64,000 bases of DNA from Alphaproteobacteria bacterium (GCA_017445475.1 JAFSUB010000018.1:47089-111088), one strand, 5' to 3'. Numbered from the stretch's first letter, positions 10,511 to 21,082 are shown. Notes: generated from the letters alone by a model not told the origin. Numbers and translations: made by a program.

Positions 10511-12349
10511 ATGAGCGAGAAAATAGAATTTCAAACCGAAGTTGCAAAACTTTTGGACATTGTGGTTAATTCACTTTATTCGGAAAAATACATTTTTTTA
10601 AGAGAGTTGATTTCAAATGCAAGCGACGCATGCGACAAGCTTAAATATTGGTCGCTGATGAACAAAGAGGTGGCGCCAAAAAGCGGTGGCTTTAAAATTG
10701 TGATTACGCCCGATGAAAAAGAAAAAACCTTAACCATTTCGGACAACGGAATCGGTATGAACAAAGAAGACCTTATCAATCACATCGGCACAATTGCCAA
10801 ATCGGGCACGGCCGACTTTGTGAAAAATGTGAAGGATAACGGCTCAATCGTTGATTTAATCGGGCAGTTCGGTGTTGGTTTTTATTCGGCATTTATGGTG
10901 GCAAAAAAAGTTGAAATTACAACCAAAAAAGCCGGTGAGAAAAAGGCATATCTTTGGGTTTCGGATGGTTTGGACGGCTATGAAATTATTGATGCCAAAA
11001 AACAATCAAACGGAACGGACATTAAGCTTTTTTTGAAAGATGATGCCAAAGATTTTGCCGACAGCATTTATTTGAGGCACATCATACGCACATATTCCGA
11101 CCATGTGGAATATCCGATTGTGCTCAATTTGGGCAAAGCAGGCGAAGAAACAGTAAACACCGCTTCGGCGCTTTGGACCAGAAACAAAGGTGAAATTACA
11201 GATGAACAATATAAAGAATTTTACCGGCATCTTTCAAAAAACATGGATGATCCGTGGCTCACGCTTCATTTTAAGGCAGAAGGCAGCATTGAATATAATG
11301 CGCTTTTATATATTCCATCGACCGCGCCGTATGACCTGTTTCAGCCTGATCGGCAGCAAAACTTAAAGCTTTATGTCAACAAAGTTTTTATTTCCGATAA
11401 AATTGAGGGTTTGATGCCTGCTTATTTGAGGTTTGTCAAAGGCGTGATAGACAGTTCGGATTTGCCGCTTAACATTTCGCGCGAAATGCTCCAGCAAAAT
11501 GCGCTTCTTTCCAAAATCAGGCAAGGCGTTGTCAGCCGTATTTTAAAAGAGCTGAAAAAACGCACCAAAGATTATGACGATTATCTCAAGTTTTGGAATG
11601 CTTTCGGAATTGCCTTCAAAGAAGGGATTTATGAAGATTTTTCAAACAGGGAGGAGGTTGCTTCGCTTTCGCTTTTTGCTTCAACAAACGACAAATTGCG
11701 GCTCACGACTTTAGATGAATATATTTCACGCGCCAAAGAAGACCAAAAGGCAATTTATTACATCACGGGCGATGATGTTTCGACATTGCGCCATAATCCG
11801 CAGCTTGAGGCTTTCAAGGAAAAAGGAATTGAAGTTTTGCTGCTAACCCACCCGATTGACGAGTTCTGGACACAGGTTTTAACAAGCTATAAAACCTTTG
11901 CGGTTAAGCACATTTCAACGGCGGATATTAATCTTAAAATTGAGCGTAATGAGAAAAAAGCAGATGAGGGCGATTTGAAAAAGCTCACCGATTTTATGGC
12001 AGAACTTTTCAAAAGTGAGGTCGGCAAAGTTGAAATCAGCGAAAAGCTGACCAAAAGCCCTGCGGCACTTAATGTTGAAAACGGGCAGATGAGCATTCAT
12101 TTAGAGCGATTGATGCGCAATCACCAACAGCAAACGGCCTTTGCAAGCACACGCATTTTGGAATTGAACCCTTATCACCCGCTCATTATTAAGCTCTCCG
12201 AAATGGTGTCAAACGATGAAAAAAAGAACGAAGTGGCAGATGTTTCGCGCCTTATTTTGGATCAGGCAAAAATTGCCGAAGGTGAAACGGTTTCCGATGC
12301 GGCGTTCTTTTCTGAAAAGTTGAGCCAATATATTTTGCAAAGTTTGTAA
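10511..12349 (+). CDS. htpG: Chaperone HtpG (Hsp90)
   Basis: IFLRELISNASDA, DNGIGM, GTIAKSGT, LIGQFGVGFYSAF, DLPLNISRE. Confidence 0.98.
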   Translation: MSEKIEFQTEVAKLLDIVVNSLYSEKYIFLRELISNASDACDKLKYWSLMNKEVAPKSGGFKIVITPDEKEKTLTISDNGIGMNKEDLINHIGTIAKSGTADFVKNVKDNGSIVDLIGQFGVGFYSAFMVAKKVEITTKKAGEKKAYLWVSDGLDGYEIIDAKKQSNGTDIKLFLKDDAKDFADSIYLRHIIRTYSDHVEYPIVLNLGKAGEETVNTASALWTRNKGEITDEQYKEFYRHLSKNMDDPWLTLHFKAEGSIEYNALLYIPSTAPYDLFQPDRQQNLKLYVNKVFISDKIEGLMPAYLRFVKGVIDSSDLPLNISREMLQQNALLSKIRQGVVSRILKELKKRTKDYDDYLKFWNAFGIAFKEGIYEDFSNREEVASLSLFASTNDKLRLTTLDEYISRAKEDQKAIYYITGDDVSTLRHNPQLEAFKEKGIEVLLLTHPIDEFWTQVLTSYKTFAVKHISTADINLKIERNEKKADEGDLKKLTDFMAELFKSEVGKVEISEKLTKSPAALNVENGQMSIHLERLMRNHQQQTAFASTRILELNPYHPLIIKLSEMVSNDEKKNEVADVSRLILDQAKIAEGETVSDAAFFSEKLSQYILQSL

Positions 12350-12424
12350 AAAATTGTAAAAAAAAAGCTTGATTTTCGACAAAAGAGGAGTATCATTTGG
12401 TGTAGAATTTAAAAATTAAAATTT

Positions 12425-13279
12425 ATGAACAAATTATTTTTGACCATGCTTTTTTGCATGGTGCTTGCGGTGGGCGAGGCCTATGCGCAAGATGTCGATA
12501 CGACAAGAATCGAATTGACGACGGAAGAAGTGTCTACGGATTTTCAACCGATTCCAACGCTTCAAATGCCAGATGTGGACACAGTTTTTGAAACGGCTGG
12601 TCCCGAATGGGTTGTTCCCGTGAAAGGCAGGTCAAAATTTGCCAAAAGGCATTATATTTTCCAACGTCTGGAAATTTCGACTATGGCCGGTCAAGACAAA
12701 AATGAGGAAGATTCGGACGATTCGGACGCCCCGACGCCTGAAAGTTCGACGCCCGATCAACCAAATTTGATTGCCGGATTAAATTACGGCCTAAATTTCG
12801 GCTATTCGCTTGTATTTGTGCCGGGGCAAGTTCAAGATAATCAGTTGATTATGAACAGGTTCGGGTTTGGTTACAGTGTCGGCTTTCTTTCTGAATTTGA
12901 CAAGCAGAAAGATTATGGTGTTACGTGTGACTTTATGTTTAAAACCGGCGTTGAAACCGGAAGCGGCCATGCGCTGGGGCTGGGAATTGATTTCCTTGTC
13001 GGTGGCGGAAAGTCCGCGGGAGTGTCGTATCTTATTGAAAACGACACTTTATCTGATCCGGATCATTACACTGCATGGTGTTTTAAATATGGCATGCAGC
13101 TGTGGTTAAACACGTCGTTTTTAACAACAGGGCTCAAAAACTCGGACATTTTAGCGTTTGTGCGCTATATTCGCTCGGTTGATCCTGAAGATGAAAATCA
13201 AAACATTAAGGACGGGATATATAACGAGTGGATAGAAGAAAGTTGGCAGTTCGGTGTCACTTTCGTCTATCGATTCTGA
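12425..13279 (+). CDS. Hypothetical exported protein, probable outer-membrane beta-barrel
   Basis: Signal peptide ending AYA-Q; amphipathic beta strands; C-terminal GVTFVYRF. Confidence 0.7.
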   Translation: MNKLFLTMLFCMVLAVGEAYAQDVDTTRIELTTEEVSTDFQPIPTLQMPDVDTVFETAGPEWVVPVKGRSKFAKRHYIFQRLEISTMAGQDKNEEDSDDSDAPTPESSTPDQPNLIAGLNYGLNFGYSLVFVPGQVQDNQLIMNRFGFGYSVGFLSEFDKQKDYGVTCDFMFKTGVETGSGHALGLGIDFLVGGGKSAGVSYLIENDTLSDPDHYTAWCFKYGMQLWLNTSFLTTGLKNSDILAFVRYIRSVDPEDENQNIKDGIYNEWIEESWQFGVTFVYRF

Positions 13280-13288
13280 TATTCAAAG

Positions 13289-13324
13289 AAAAATCGACCT
13301 TTGTTTGAAAGGTCGATTTTTTTT
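13289..13324. terminator. Bidirectional intrinsic terminator
   Basis: AAAAATCGACCTTT-loop-AAAGGTCGATTTTTTT. Confidence 0.75.
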
Positions 13325-13329
13325 GAGTA

Positions 13330-13440
13330 TTATTTTTTGCCAGAAGAACTTTCTTTTTCTTCTGAAGTTTTGCTTTCCTCTGATTTTGAGGCGGTGCTTT
13401 TTGACACGGAAGATTTTCCGCTCGGGCATTTACAAGCCAT
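13330..13440 (-). CDS. Small 36-aa peptide MACKCPSGKSSVSKSTASKSEESKTSEEKESSSGKK (below the ORF-track cutoff)
   Basis: AAGGAG SD 6-7 nt before ATG; stop directly followed by the terminator. Confidence 0.6.
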   Translation of the reverse strand: MACKCPSGKSSVSKSTASKSEESKTSEEKESSSGKK

Positions 13441-13558
13441 TTTTTTCTCCTTATTTACAAAAGTTGATATCAATCGTTTACGTCAACGGATATATTGCGC
13501 CAAAGCTTTCAAAACAACATAATCATTGGTTCAAAAAATCAAAAAAATTTTTTCACCT

Positions 13559-13587
13559 CTTGCTCTTGTGAAAATTGCTTCCTATAT
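13559..13587 (+). promoter_or_regulatory. RpoH (sigma32)-type promoter of dnaK
   Basis: CTTG-N18-CCTATAT. Confidence 0.72.
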
Positions 13588-13630
13588 AAGCTGTTAGAAA
13601 ACGATTTTAACATATTAAGGATTAAACAAA

Positions 13631-15544
13631 ATGAGCAATAAAGTTATTGGTATTGATTTGGGCACAACAAACTCCTGCTTTGCCGTTATGGAAGGCAAAG
13701 ACGCTAAAGTTTTGGAAAATTCCGAAGGTGCCAGAACAACGCCTTCAATGGTTGCCTTCACCGACAACGAGCGTTTGGTCGGTGCGGCGGCAAAGCGTCA
13801 GGCCGTTACAAACCCCGAAAACACGCTTTTTGCCATCAAGCGCTTAATCGGACGCAGGTATGATTCGCCGGAAGTTCAAAAAGATAAAGCAACGGCGCCT
13901 TTTAAGATTATATCGGGCGACAACGGTGATGCGTGGGTTGAAGTGAAAGGCGAAAAATATGCCCCATCGCAAATTTCTGCGATTGTTTTGCAAAAAATTA
14001 AAGAATATGCTGAAGGCTATTTGGGCGAAAAAATCGAAAAAGCCGTGATTACCGTTCCGGCATATTTTAACGATTCGCAGCGTCAAGCAACAAAAGATGC
14101 GGGAAAAATTGCGGGGCTTGATGTTTTGCGCATCATTAACGAGCCGACGGCAGCTGCGCTTGCCTACGGCATGGATAAAAAAGCGTCTGGCACAATTGCG
14201 GTTTATGACCTTGGTGGCGGAACGTTTGATATTTCGATTTTGGAAATCGGCGACGGTGTGTTTGAAGTTAAGTCAACAAATGGTGATACGTTCTTGGGCG
14301 GTGAAGATTTTGACCTGCGAATCGTCAATTTCTTGGCCGAAGAATTTAAGAAAGATTCGGGCATTGATCTTAAAAATGACAGGCTTGCCCTGCAACGCTT
14401 AAAAGAGGCGGCCGAAAAAGCAAAAATCGAGCTTTCGTCTGCAACGCAAACCGATGTGAACCTGCCGTTTATTACGGCTGACGCAACCGGCCCGAAACAC
14501 TTGAACATCAAGCTCACGCGCGCGAAACTCGAGTCGCTAGTCGATGATTTGATTGATAAAACCGTTGAGCCGTGCAAAAAGGCATTAAAAGATGCGGGGC
14601 TGTCGGCAAGTGAAGTTAGCGAAGTGATTTTGGTTGGCGGTATGACGCGTATGCCTAAAGTTCAGGAAAAGGTGAAAGAAATTTTCGGTAAAGAACCGCA
14701 CAAGGGTGTGAACCCTGATGAAGTGGTTGCTGTGGGTGCGGCAATTCAAGGCGGTGTGTTGATGGGCGATGTGAAAGACGTTTTGCTCTTAGATGTTACA
14801 CCGCTTTCCTTGGGCATTGAAACACTCGGTGGTGTGTTTACGCGCCTTATTGACCGCAACACGACCATTCCGACACGTAAATCTCAAGTTTTCTCAACGG
14901 CGGAAGACGGGCAAACGGCCGTTACAATCCGCGTTTTTCAAGGTGAGCGCGAAATTGCAGCGCACAACAAGCTTTTGGGACAGTTTGATTTGGTCGGTAT
15001 TCCGCCGGCACCGCGCGGTATGCCTCAAATTGAAGTTACATTTGATATTGATGCCAACGGCATTGTCAACGTTTCGGCAAAAGATAAAGCCACAAACAAA
15101 GAGCAGGCGATTCGCATTCAGGCATCGGGCGGTTTGTCTGACGCCGACATTGAAAAAATGGTGAAAGATGCCGAAGCAAACGCTGAAGCCGATAAGAAGA
15201 AAAAAGAAGAAGTCGAAGCGAAAAATCAGGCAGAAGCTTTGGTTCACTCAACCGAAAAAACCTTGAAGGAGAACGGTGATAAAATCTCTGCGGCTGATAA
15301 AAGCGCGATTGAAGACGCCATAGCTGCCGTTAAAACGGCGCTTGAGGGCGGCGATACGGCGGCCATCAAGGAAAAGAGCGACGCGTTGATGCAGGCCTCA
15401 CTCAAGCTTGGTGAGGCGATGTATAAGGCACAAGGCGCGGATGCTTCGGCAGGGGCGCAGGGTGCAGAGCAGGGGGCTTCAGCAGGCTCTGAACAACCCA
15501 AAGATGAGAAGGTTGTTGATGCCGACTTTGAGGAAGTGAAATAA
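13631..15544 (+). CDS. dnaK: Chaperone DnaK (Hsp70)
   Basis: [26 protein letters not shown]-terminal [10 protein letters not shown]. Confidence 0.99.
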   Translation: MSNKVIGIDLGTTNSCFAVMEGKDAKVLENSEGARTTPSMVAFTDNERLVGAAAKRQAVTNPENTLFAIKRLIGRRYDSPEVQKDKATAPFKIISGDNGDAWVEVKGEKYAPSQISAIVLQKIKEYAEGYLGEKIEKAVITVPAYFNDSQRQATKDAGKIAGLDVLRIINEPTAAALAYGMDKKASGTIAVYDLGGGTFDISILEIGDGVFEVKSTNGDTFLGGEDFDLRIVNFLAEEFKKDSGIDLKNDRLALQRLKEAAEKAKIELSSATQTDVNLPFITADATGPKHLNIKLTRAKLESLVDDLIDKTVEPCKKALKDAGLSASEVSEVILVGGMTRMPKVQEKVKEIFGKEPHKGVNPDEVVAVGAAIQGGVLMGDVKDVLLLDVTPLSLGIETLGGVFTRLIDRNTTIPTRKSQVFSTAEDGQTAVTIRVFQGEREIAAHNKLLGQFDLVGIPPAPRGMPQIEVTFDIDANGIVNVSAKDKATNKEQAIRIQASGGLSDADIEKMVKDAEANAEADKKKKEEVEAKNQAEALVHSTEKTLKENGDKISAADKSAIEDAIAAVKTALEGGDTAAIKEKSDALMQASLKLGEAMYKAQGADASAGAQGAEQGASAGSEQPKDEKVVDADFEEVK

Positions 15545-15650
15545 AAATCGCTTAGCCGGTAACTAATTGTAAGCTCTGACGCTTATGTACCTTTTTTGTA
15601 CACTTCGCGTCAGAGCTTACGGCTTATTTACGCAGGCTAATCGAGTTTTC
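15544..15650. repeat. Long palindromic element (RPE-like)
   Basis: GTAAGCTCTGACGC/GCGTCAGAGCTTAC stem, outer TTAGCC/GGCTAA, asymmetric core TTATGTAC-N-GTACACT. Confidence 0.7.
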
Positions 15651-15679
15651 ATAATAGGATTGCTTCTTTACGAATTGGC

Positions 15680-17254
15680 TTATTTTTCGACAATCATAAC
15701 TTTTTGGGCGGCGAAAATGTAGCCGTATACAACCTTATCGCCCTCATTTCTCAAGGGTTTGTAGAGCATATCAAGTTTGTTATAGCCGCGTTTTTTGAGC
15801 TGTTTTAAGATGTAGTTGGTTGAATGAACAAATCTGGCGGCGGGAGTGATGCAATAATCATCTTTATTCAAATTATTTTCGCAAATACTGAAAACGAAAA
15901 GGCCGCCGAGCGAAAGAACTTTTGCGACACCTTCAAAAAGCGGCTTTAAATCACCAAAGTAGGTGAGCACATCGCCGGCAACCACAAGTTGATATGTTTT
16001 GTCGGTTGTGTTTAAAAAATTGACGATTTCAGTTTGCTCAAGGTGGCTGTAAACACCCTTTTGCCTTGCTTTTTCAAGCATTTTCGAAGATAAATCAACA
16101 CCCGTTATGGCACTCCAGCCGATAATGTCTTTAATCATCTGTGCGCAAAGCCCCGTGCCGCAACCCAAATCAAGACAGTTCGTGCGTTTGAAAAATTCCT
16201 TTTTATGGTGTTTTTGAACCATCTCGGCAATATGTTGCGGAACCAGATATTCCAGCCCGTGCAACGTTTCATCAAAATCGGTTGCAAAAGCATCGAAAAT
16301 ACGCACAAGATATTCGGTTTCGGCTGTTTTGATTTTTTTATCTTCCAAAATGGAGTTGGCCATATAAGCGACCAACTTGTTTTTTTCGAAGGCTTCGAGC
16401 CATTTTCTTGCATATTCAAGCGCCAAATCCGATTTTTTTTCATCAATACATTCATAGAGCAAATAGCCGAAATTGATGTGTTGGTCGTCTGCCGCGTCGC
16501 CGGCAAACAGAACCGCTTTCCAGCCGAAATTTAAGGCGTTTTTCCAATCTTCCGCTTTTTGATAAAGCCGGCTCAAAGAGTTGTAAATCCACGGGTTGTC
16601 GCTTTTAAAATTTAAGGCTTTCAAAAGGTTTTTTTCAGCTTTTTCGGTTTTTGAGAGTTCCATATACGAGTTTCCGGCAATGATATAGGCATCAACGCTT
16701 GCCGGATATATTTCAAGCGCCTTAAAAGCAAAATCAATCGCCTTAACATATTTTCCCAAGTCAAACGACGTGTTTGCCATGTTAATCAAGCCGATATAGC
16801 TTGACGGATTGATGGCGCAAACTTTTTCATAAAACGAAAGGGCTGTTTCAAAATCTGCCTTGCAATAGGCGCAATTGCCCAAAATCAGCAGAGCCGACGT
16901 GTCGTTGTTGAATTTGTGCAAAACCATGCGTGCAAATTTTTCGGCGTTGGCATAATCTTCTTTTTGATAATATAGGTTTGCCAGTGCCAAAAGAGCATTC
17001 GGCGAAACGGGGTTCAGTTTTGAAGCTTTTTTATAATATCGCGCGGCTTCCCCCGTTTGGCCAATGGCGTCAAAACAGTTGCCGCAATACATGGAATATT
17101 TCTCGGCTTTCGGATATTTTTTTAAAAGCGAAAGATAAATATCCAAAGCCTCTGGGTATTTTTGCTGATCATACAACCGATTTGCCTGATTTTCCAACGT
17201 GTCCAATTTAATCAAAACCCTTTTAGTTCGCAACTTTTGCGCGCAGTATATCAC
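15680..17254 (-). CDS. TPR-repeat protein with C-terminal class I SAM methyltransferase (true start probably a TTG near 17206-17215)
   Basis: Multiple TPR repeats; FDAFA..FD, LDLGCGTG, GVDLSSKML, AGDVLTYFGDL. Confidence 0.9.
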   Translation of the reverse strand: MIYCAQKLRTKRVLIKLDTLENQANRLYDQQKYPEALDIYLSLLKKYPKAEKYSMYCGNCFDAIGQTGEAARYYKKASKLNPVSPNALLALANLYYQKEDYANAEKFARMVLHKFNNDTSALLILGNCAYCKADFETALSFYEKVCAINPSSYIGLINMANTSFDLGKYVKAIDFAFKALEIYPASVDAYIIAGNSYMELSKTEKAEKNLLKALNFKSDNPWIYNSLSRLYQKAEDWKNALNFGWKAVLFAGDAADDQHINFGYLLYECIDEKKSDLALEYARKWLEAFEKNKLVAYMANSILEDKKIKTAETEYLVRIFDAFATDFDETLHGLEYLVPQHIAEMVQKHHKKEFFKRTNCLDLGCGTGLCAQMIKDIIGWSAITGVDLSSKMLEKARQKGVYSHLEQTEIVNFLNTTDKTYQLVVAGDVLTYFGDLKPLFEGVAKVLSLGGLFVFSICENNLNKDDYCITPAARFVHSTNYILKQLKKRGYNKLDMLYKPLRNEGDKVVYGYIFAAQKVMIVEK

Positions 17255-17335
17255 AATGCAACAAAAAAATAAACCAAAATTATAAAAAAAGTGTTGACGA
17301 ACAAAATTAAATCATATAAATATTGCTCACACGAC

Positions 17336-17421
17336 GGGGGTGTGGCGGAACTGGTAGACGCGCTAGACTCAAAATCTTGTTCGCTTTGCGAGTAGGAGTT
17401 CAAGTCTCCTCACCCCTACCA
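17336..17421 (+). tRNA. tRNA-Leu(CAA)
   Basis: GGGGGTG/CACCCCT acceptor, CT-CAA-AA loop, long variable arm, TTCAAGT T-loop, CCA. Confidence 0.95.
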
Positions 17422-17424
17422 ATA

Positions 17425-17456
17425 AAAAGGCGGTTTGAAGAAGCCGTCTTTTTTTG
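17425..17456 (+). terminator. Terminator after tRNA-Leu
   Basis: AAGGCGGTTT-loop-AAGCCGTCTT plus T-run. Confidence 0.7.
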
Positions 17457-17544
17457 TGTTTAAACATCAGGCAAAAAAAGGTTGCATTGAAGGGTTCTTT
17501 GTGTTAGAATTTTTGAAGATAAAAGCTTTTATGGGGGACTTGAT

Positions 17545-20500
17545 ATGATGCGCAAACTCTCAATTGTCTTGTTTTTGGCGTGTTTTCTTGCGGCTGTTTC
17601 CGCAAGTGCAAAGGTTTGCTTTTTGCCAAATGTGTTTGGCGGCGACAATGATTGCCTGATTGGAATCGGTAACAACAGTAATGATACGAATGATAATGGC
17701 GGCGATGATGATGAACCCGATCCTGACAATCCCTGCGGCGCAAACGCCGTTTCTGAATTTTTAATAGGTGAACACGCTGGGTTGTTTGCTTATTATGAAA
17801 CAGCCTATGGCGCGGGATGTTATATTGTCGGGTGCAGCGGTCTATACGGCTCAACATCTTCTCCCCAAGCGCTCAATACAAGTGTTTTTACGGTTTCTTC
17901 GGCGTCGTATGGCGGCGTTACATGCCATTATGCAACAGGTTGCGCTTCGCCTTATAAAAGAGAATGTTCTGATGGCGCGCCCATTTCAACGTATAATCTT
18001 GACAGTTTAACGTGCCATCAATGCGATGAACAGACAGATTGTCCGACAGTCAACAGCTGTGCAGGATATACGGTTAAAAACGCGCCCGCAAACGGCAGCC
18101 TTGATGGTGCGCCGTGTCAGGTGGTTAACAGCGACTGCAGCAATGGCGATTTGCTTTATAAGTTTAAGTGTGATGACGGGTATGAACCTCAAGGCACTAC
18201 GTGCGTGGCAAAAGAGTGCCAAGGGGCATATGCCACCGAAGCCTCAAAATGTGCAAACACCGGCACATGCAACGGCACATGGTCAATCGGGCTTTCCACC
18301 AACGGCAGATCAGGCGATAAATATTGTTATAACTGCGTTTGCACAGGTGCACAAACCTGCGATGTTGTTTCTTGCGGCGCAGAGGTTTCTGTTCCTAACA
18401 ACGCAACCTGTTCAAAAACATGCACACCGATTGATGCTTCCTGCAATCCGACAGGCACAGAGCGCTGCACGGAGTGGACATGCAATACAGGTTATAAAAA
18501 ATCGGGTTCAGGTTGTGTCCAAAAAACGTGCGGTGATTACAGCCCTTATATATACGATTCGTGCACAAACAAAGAGTGCGATTCGCAAACATGTTCTTCC
18601 GACTCAAAAGCCATAGGTTCGGGCACAAAAACGTGTTATACGGCGCCTTCCGGAAGTTGCGGTCCAAGTTGCACGCCAAACCCGTGCACGGGTTATGATA
18701 CTTATTCAAAACCACCGCATTCACATTGGACAAGCGAGGCCTGCCATTATACTTACGGCGATTCCTGCACGGACGGCGGATATTGGTATAAGGATTGGGA
18801 TTGCGATAGCGGATATATCAAATCCGCTGATAAGAAAAGTTGCATTGAATCATCACCGTCTAATGAAACCTGCACGGCTCAAACCTGCTCGGATTATGGC
18901 TTATCATCGTGTCCGACGGGTGCAAACTGTGATGATTGCCAAATTCAAAATACGGATTGCACGTTGGGCGACACAAAATATAAAGTAACGTCTTGCAAAG
19001 ACGGCTATAAAGAAAGCTCTGGCAGTTGCACGGCAATGACATGTGCTGATTACGACTGGAAAGGCTCATCATGCGGTAGCGGCTATAATGAAACGAAGCA
19101 CCCGAACACAAAGCTCGGGTCAAGTTCTAAAACCTGTTATGAATGCACGGCCATTACTTCGTGTGGATCTTTTAGTGATTATCCGTATGACAGCTGTGAT
19201 AAAGAGTGTGATTCGCAAACCTGCTCATTCGGATATAAATATTTGCGTCGCAACGGGTCGACGTTAAGTTATGAAAAATGCTACGGCGCACCGAGCGGTA
19301 ATTGCAACACAGCAAAAACGTGTGCGAGCGAGCACCCGACAGATGGCACAAAAACCAAGCCGGACAGTTCTTACTACACGTACGACACGGACAACACGGT
19401 AAGCGACGGACCTTGTTATTATAACATTACGGCAAAAAGCTGTCCGGATGTTCACTCGGGCGGCACAACAACCAAACCGGGCGATGGTTGGTCATACAGC
19501 GAGGATACGGTGAATGGAAGTCCTTGTTATTATAATAAGTCTGCCAAGGACTGCTCGGGTGATTATCCGTATACAGAATGCACGGGCAAAGAGTGCGATT
19601 CGCAAACCTGCGCTTCAACAACAATAGCTTCGGGAGACGGCACAAAAACGTGTTATAAAGCCCCAACCGGAAGCTGCCAGACCTGCGCAGATATATCTCA
19701 ATATGATTCTGAAATCGCGTGCGAAAGCGCAAACACTTGCGCCGATTGTTCAAAAGACAACACAACAGGTTGCTTCAAACCAACAGGTTGCGCCTCGAGT
19801 TGTTTGTCAGGCATTACCTTACAAGACTTTTATTCCTACAATTCATACACCTATAACTCTAAAACGTGTTATACATTGAACGGTTGCGCATCGGGGTGGC
19901 AATCAAGCACTTGCAGCGGATATTCCACAACGGGGTGGAAATCTGCCCACAGCTCGTCAACCAAGTGCACACAGTGCGATACGTGTTCATATACCAGTGA
20001 ATCTGCTTGTGAAAATGTGTATTGGTCTTGTTCGTTCCGCACTGAGGGAATTAGCCCGATGACGGCGACTTGCTGGGATGGTGTTTGCGAAAAGAGTATA
20101 TATAAATATCAGCCGGATACTATTCCGGGTGCAAGTTATGACGATAGAGATTGTTGTATAACATCTAATACAACGTATTGCTCAGACTTCTTGTGCGATA
20201 ACAGCCAAGGCTATATTAAATCCGGAAACACTTGCGTGTGCAACACAGCCGGCGGTTGGAGCAACAATGCAGACGGAACATGTTATTGCTCGAAGGATAG
20301 AGAAGTGGATACTTCCGGAAACTGCGTTATCAAACAGGAAACGGGATGCCCCTCAACGGTCATAACCGCTCATGACAAGATTTTGGATTGGTCTTCATAT
20401 TACGATTCTTGCGAAGAGGCTATCACGGCGTTCTGTACGGTTTATAAAACAAATTACAGCAAGTGCAGTAGCAAATACGGCATCGCAAGTAGGAATTGCA

Positions 20501-20556
20501 CGGCCGCAAACCTTAAGAGCACAATGTGCGAAGAGGAGTGCGAACCGGAGCCGTAA
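17545..20556 (+). CDS. Secreted cysteine-rich repeat protein, VCFLP family paralog 1
   Basis: Signal peptide ASA-KVCFLPNVFGG; very dense Cys/Ser/Thr/Gly/Tyr; C.xGY...G..C repeats; homologous to 22931 and 43242. Confidence 0.85.
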   Translation: MMRKLSIVLFLACFLAAVSASAKVCFLPNVFGGDNDCLIGIGNNSNDTNDNGGDDDEPDPDNPCGANAVSEFLIGEHAGLFAYYETAYGAGCYIVGCSGLYGSTSSPQALNTSVFTVSSASYGGVTCHYATGCASPYKRECSDGAPISTYNLDSLTCHQCDEQTDCPTVNSCAGYTVKNAPANGSLDGAPCQVVNSDCSNGDLLYKFKCDDGYEPQGTTCVAKECQGAYATEASKCANTGTCNGTWSIGLSTNGRSGDKYCYNCVCTGAQTCDVVSCGAEVSVPNNATCSKTCTPIDASCNPTGTERCTEWTCNTGYKKSGSGCVQKTCGDYSPYIYDSCTNKECDSQTCSSDSKAIGSGTKTCYTAPSGSCGPSCTPNPCTGYDTYSKPPHSHWTSEACHYTYGDSCTDGGYWYKDWDCDSGYIKSADKKSCIESSPSNETCTAQTCSDYGLSSCPTGANCDDCQIQNTDCTLGDTKYKVTSCKDGYKESSGSCTAMTCADYDWKGSSCGSGYNETKHPNTKLGSSSKTCYECTAITSCGSFSDYPYDSCDKECDSQTCSFGYKYLRRNGSTLSYEKCYGAPSGNCNTAKTCASEHPTDGTKTKPDSSYYTYDTDNTVSDGPCYYNITAKSCPDVHSGGTTTKPGDGWSYSEDTVNGSPCYYNKSAKDCSGDYPYTECTGKECDSQTCASTTIASGDGTKTCYKAPTGSCQTCADISQYDSEIACESANTCADCSKDNTTGCFKPTGCASSCLSGITLQDFYSYNSYTYNSKTCYTLNGCASGWQSSTCSGYSTTGWKSAHSSSTKCTQCDTCSYTSESACENVYWSCSFRTEGISPMTATCWDGVCEKSIYKYQPDTIPGASYDDRDCCITSNTTYCSDFLCDNSQGYIKSGNTCVCNTAGGWSNNADGTCYCSKDREVDTSGNCVIKQETGCPSTVITAHDKILDWSSYYDSCEEAITAFCTVYKTNYSKCSSKYGIASRNCTAANLKSTMCEEECEPEP

Positions 20557-20647
20557 AATAGTGAACTGATGTTACGAGGGTGCTTGCGCTCTCGTGGCAT
20601 AATGTTTTTCCGTTATTCCTCAATCTGTGCGGCGCATCCCCTTTTAT

Positions 20648-20788
20648 TGTCATCCCTTGCACGGCGCGGTTCATCCGTGCATCAAGGAATCTCATCTTTA
20701 AAGCGTCGCACCTTTGGGGTATAAATGCTTCTGCTTTGTTCTAATTTGAAGATGGCTGGACGTTTTCTTGTGAAAACAAGCCATGACA
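20648..20788. repeat. Inverted pair of CGTC-type REP palindromes (REPIN-like)
   Basis: TGTCATCCCTT-hairpin-TC-AAGGAATCTC (20648-20693) and, on the minus strand, TGTCATGGCTT-hairpin-TC-CAGCCATCTTC (20748-20788). Confidence 0.7.
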
Positions 20789-20793
20789 TTTAT

Positions 20794-20858
20794 TATCAAT
20801 ACAAAAACAGCCACCTTTAAGGTGGCTGTTTTTGTATTGGTGCCGACAGAGAGACTTG
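20794..20858 (-). repeat. Duplicated tRNA-Thr 3' end (21 nt) plus terminator
   Basis: 65-bp direct repeat of 21039-21103 with one mismatch. Confidence 0.9.
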
Positions 20859-20860
20859 CT

Positions 20861-20999
20861 TCTTGCAAAAAAAATTAAGTTTTTTGCGTCGGTCAACGCT
20901 TATGTAATGCTTGCGGCGTTGCGCTGGCGCTTCTTGCAAGCAAAACATAAGCTACCGCTGCGAAAAAAAATTGCTCGTTTAAGAGCAATTTTTTTCCTC
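20861..20999 (-). mobile_element. ~140-nt structured element, copy inside a partial tRNA-Thr duplicate
   Basis: GAGG...GCAAGA ends and hairpin layout shared with 59441-59581 and 59680-59819. Confidence 0.75.
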
Positions 21000-21082
21000 G
21001 CCCCGACCCAAGTGGGTCGTGAGTTCTGCCTCCCTTGATATCAATACAAAAAAAGCCACCTTTAAGGTGGCTGTTTTTGTAT

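Noticed and set aside
13254-13571. Plus-strand ORFs 13254-13571 and 13301-13522
   Set aside because: They cross a terminator and the dnaK promoter region and lack an SD; they are shadows of the minus-strand peptide.
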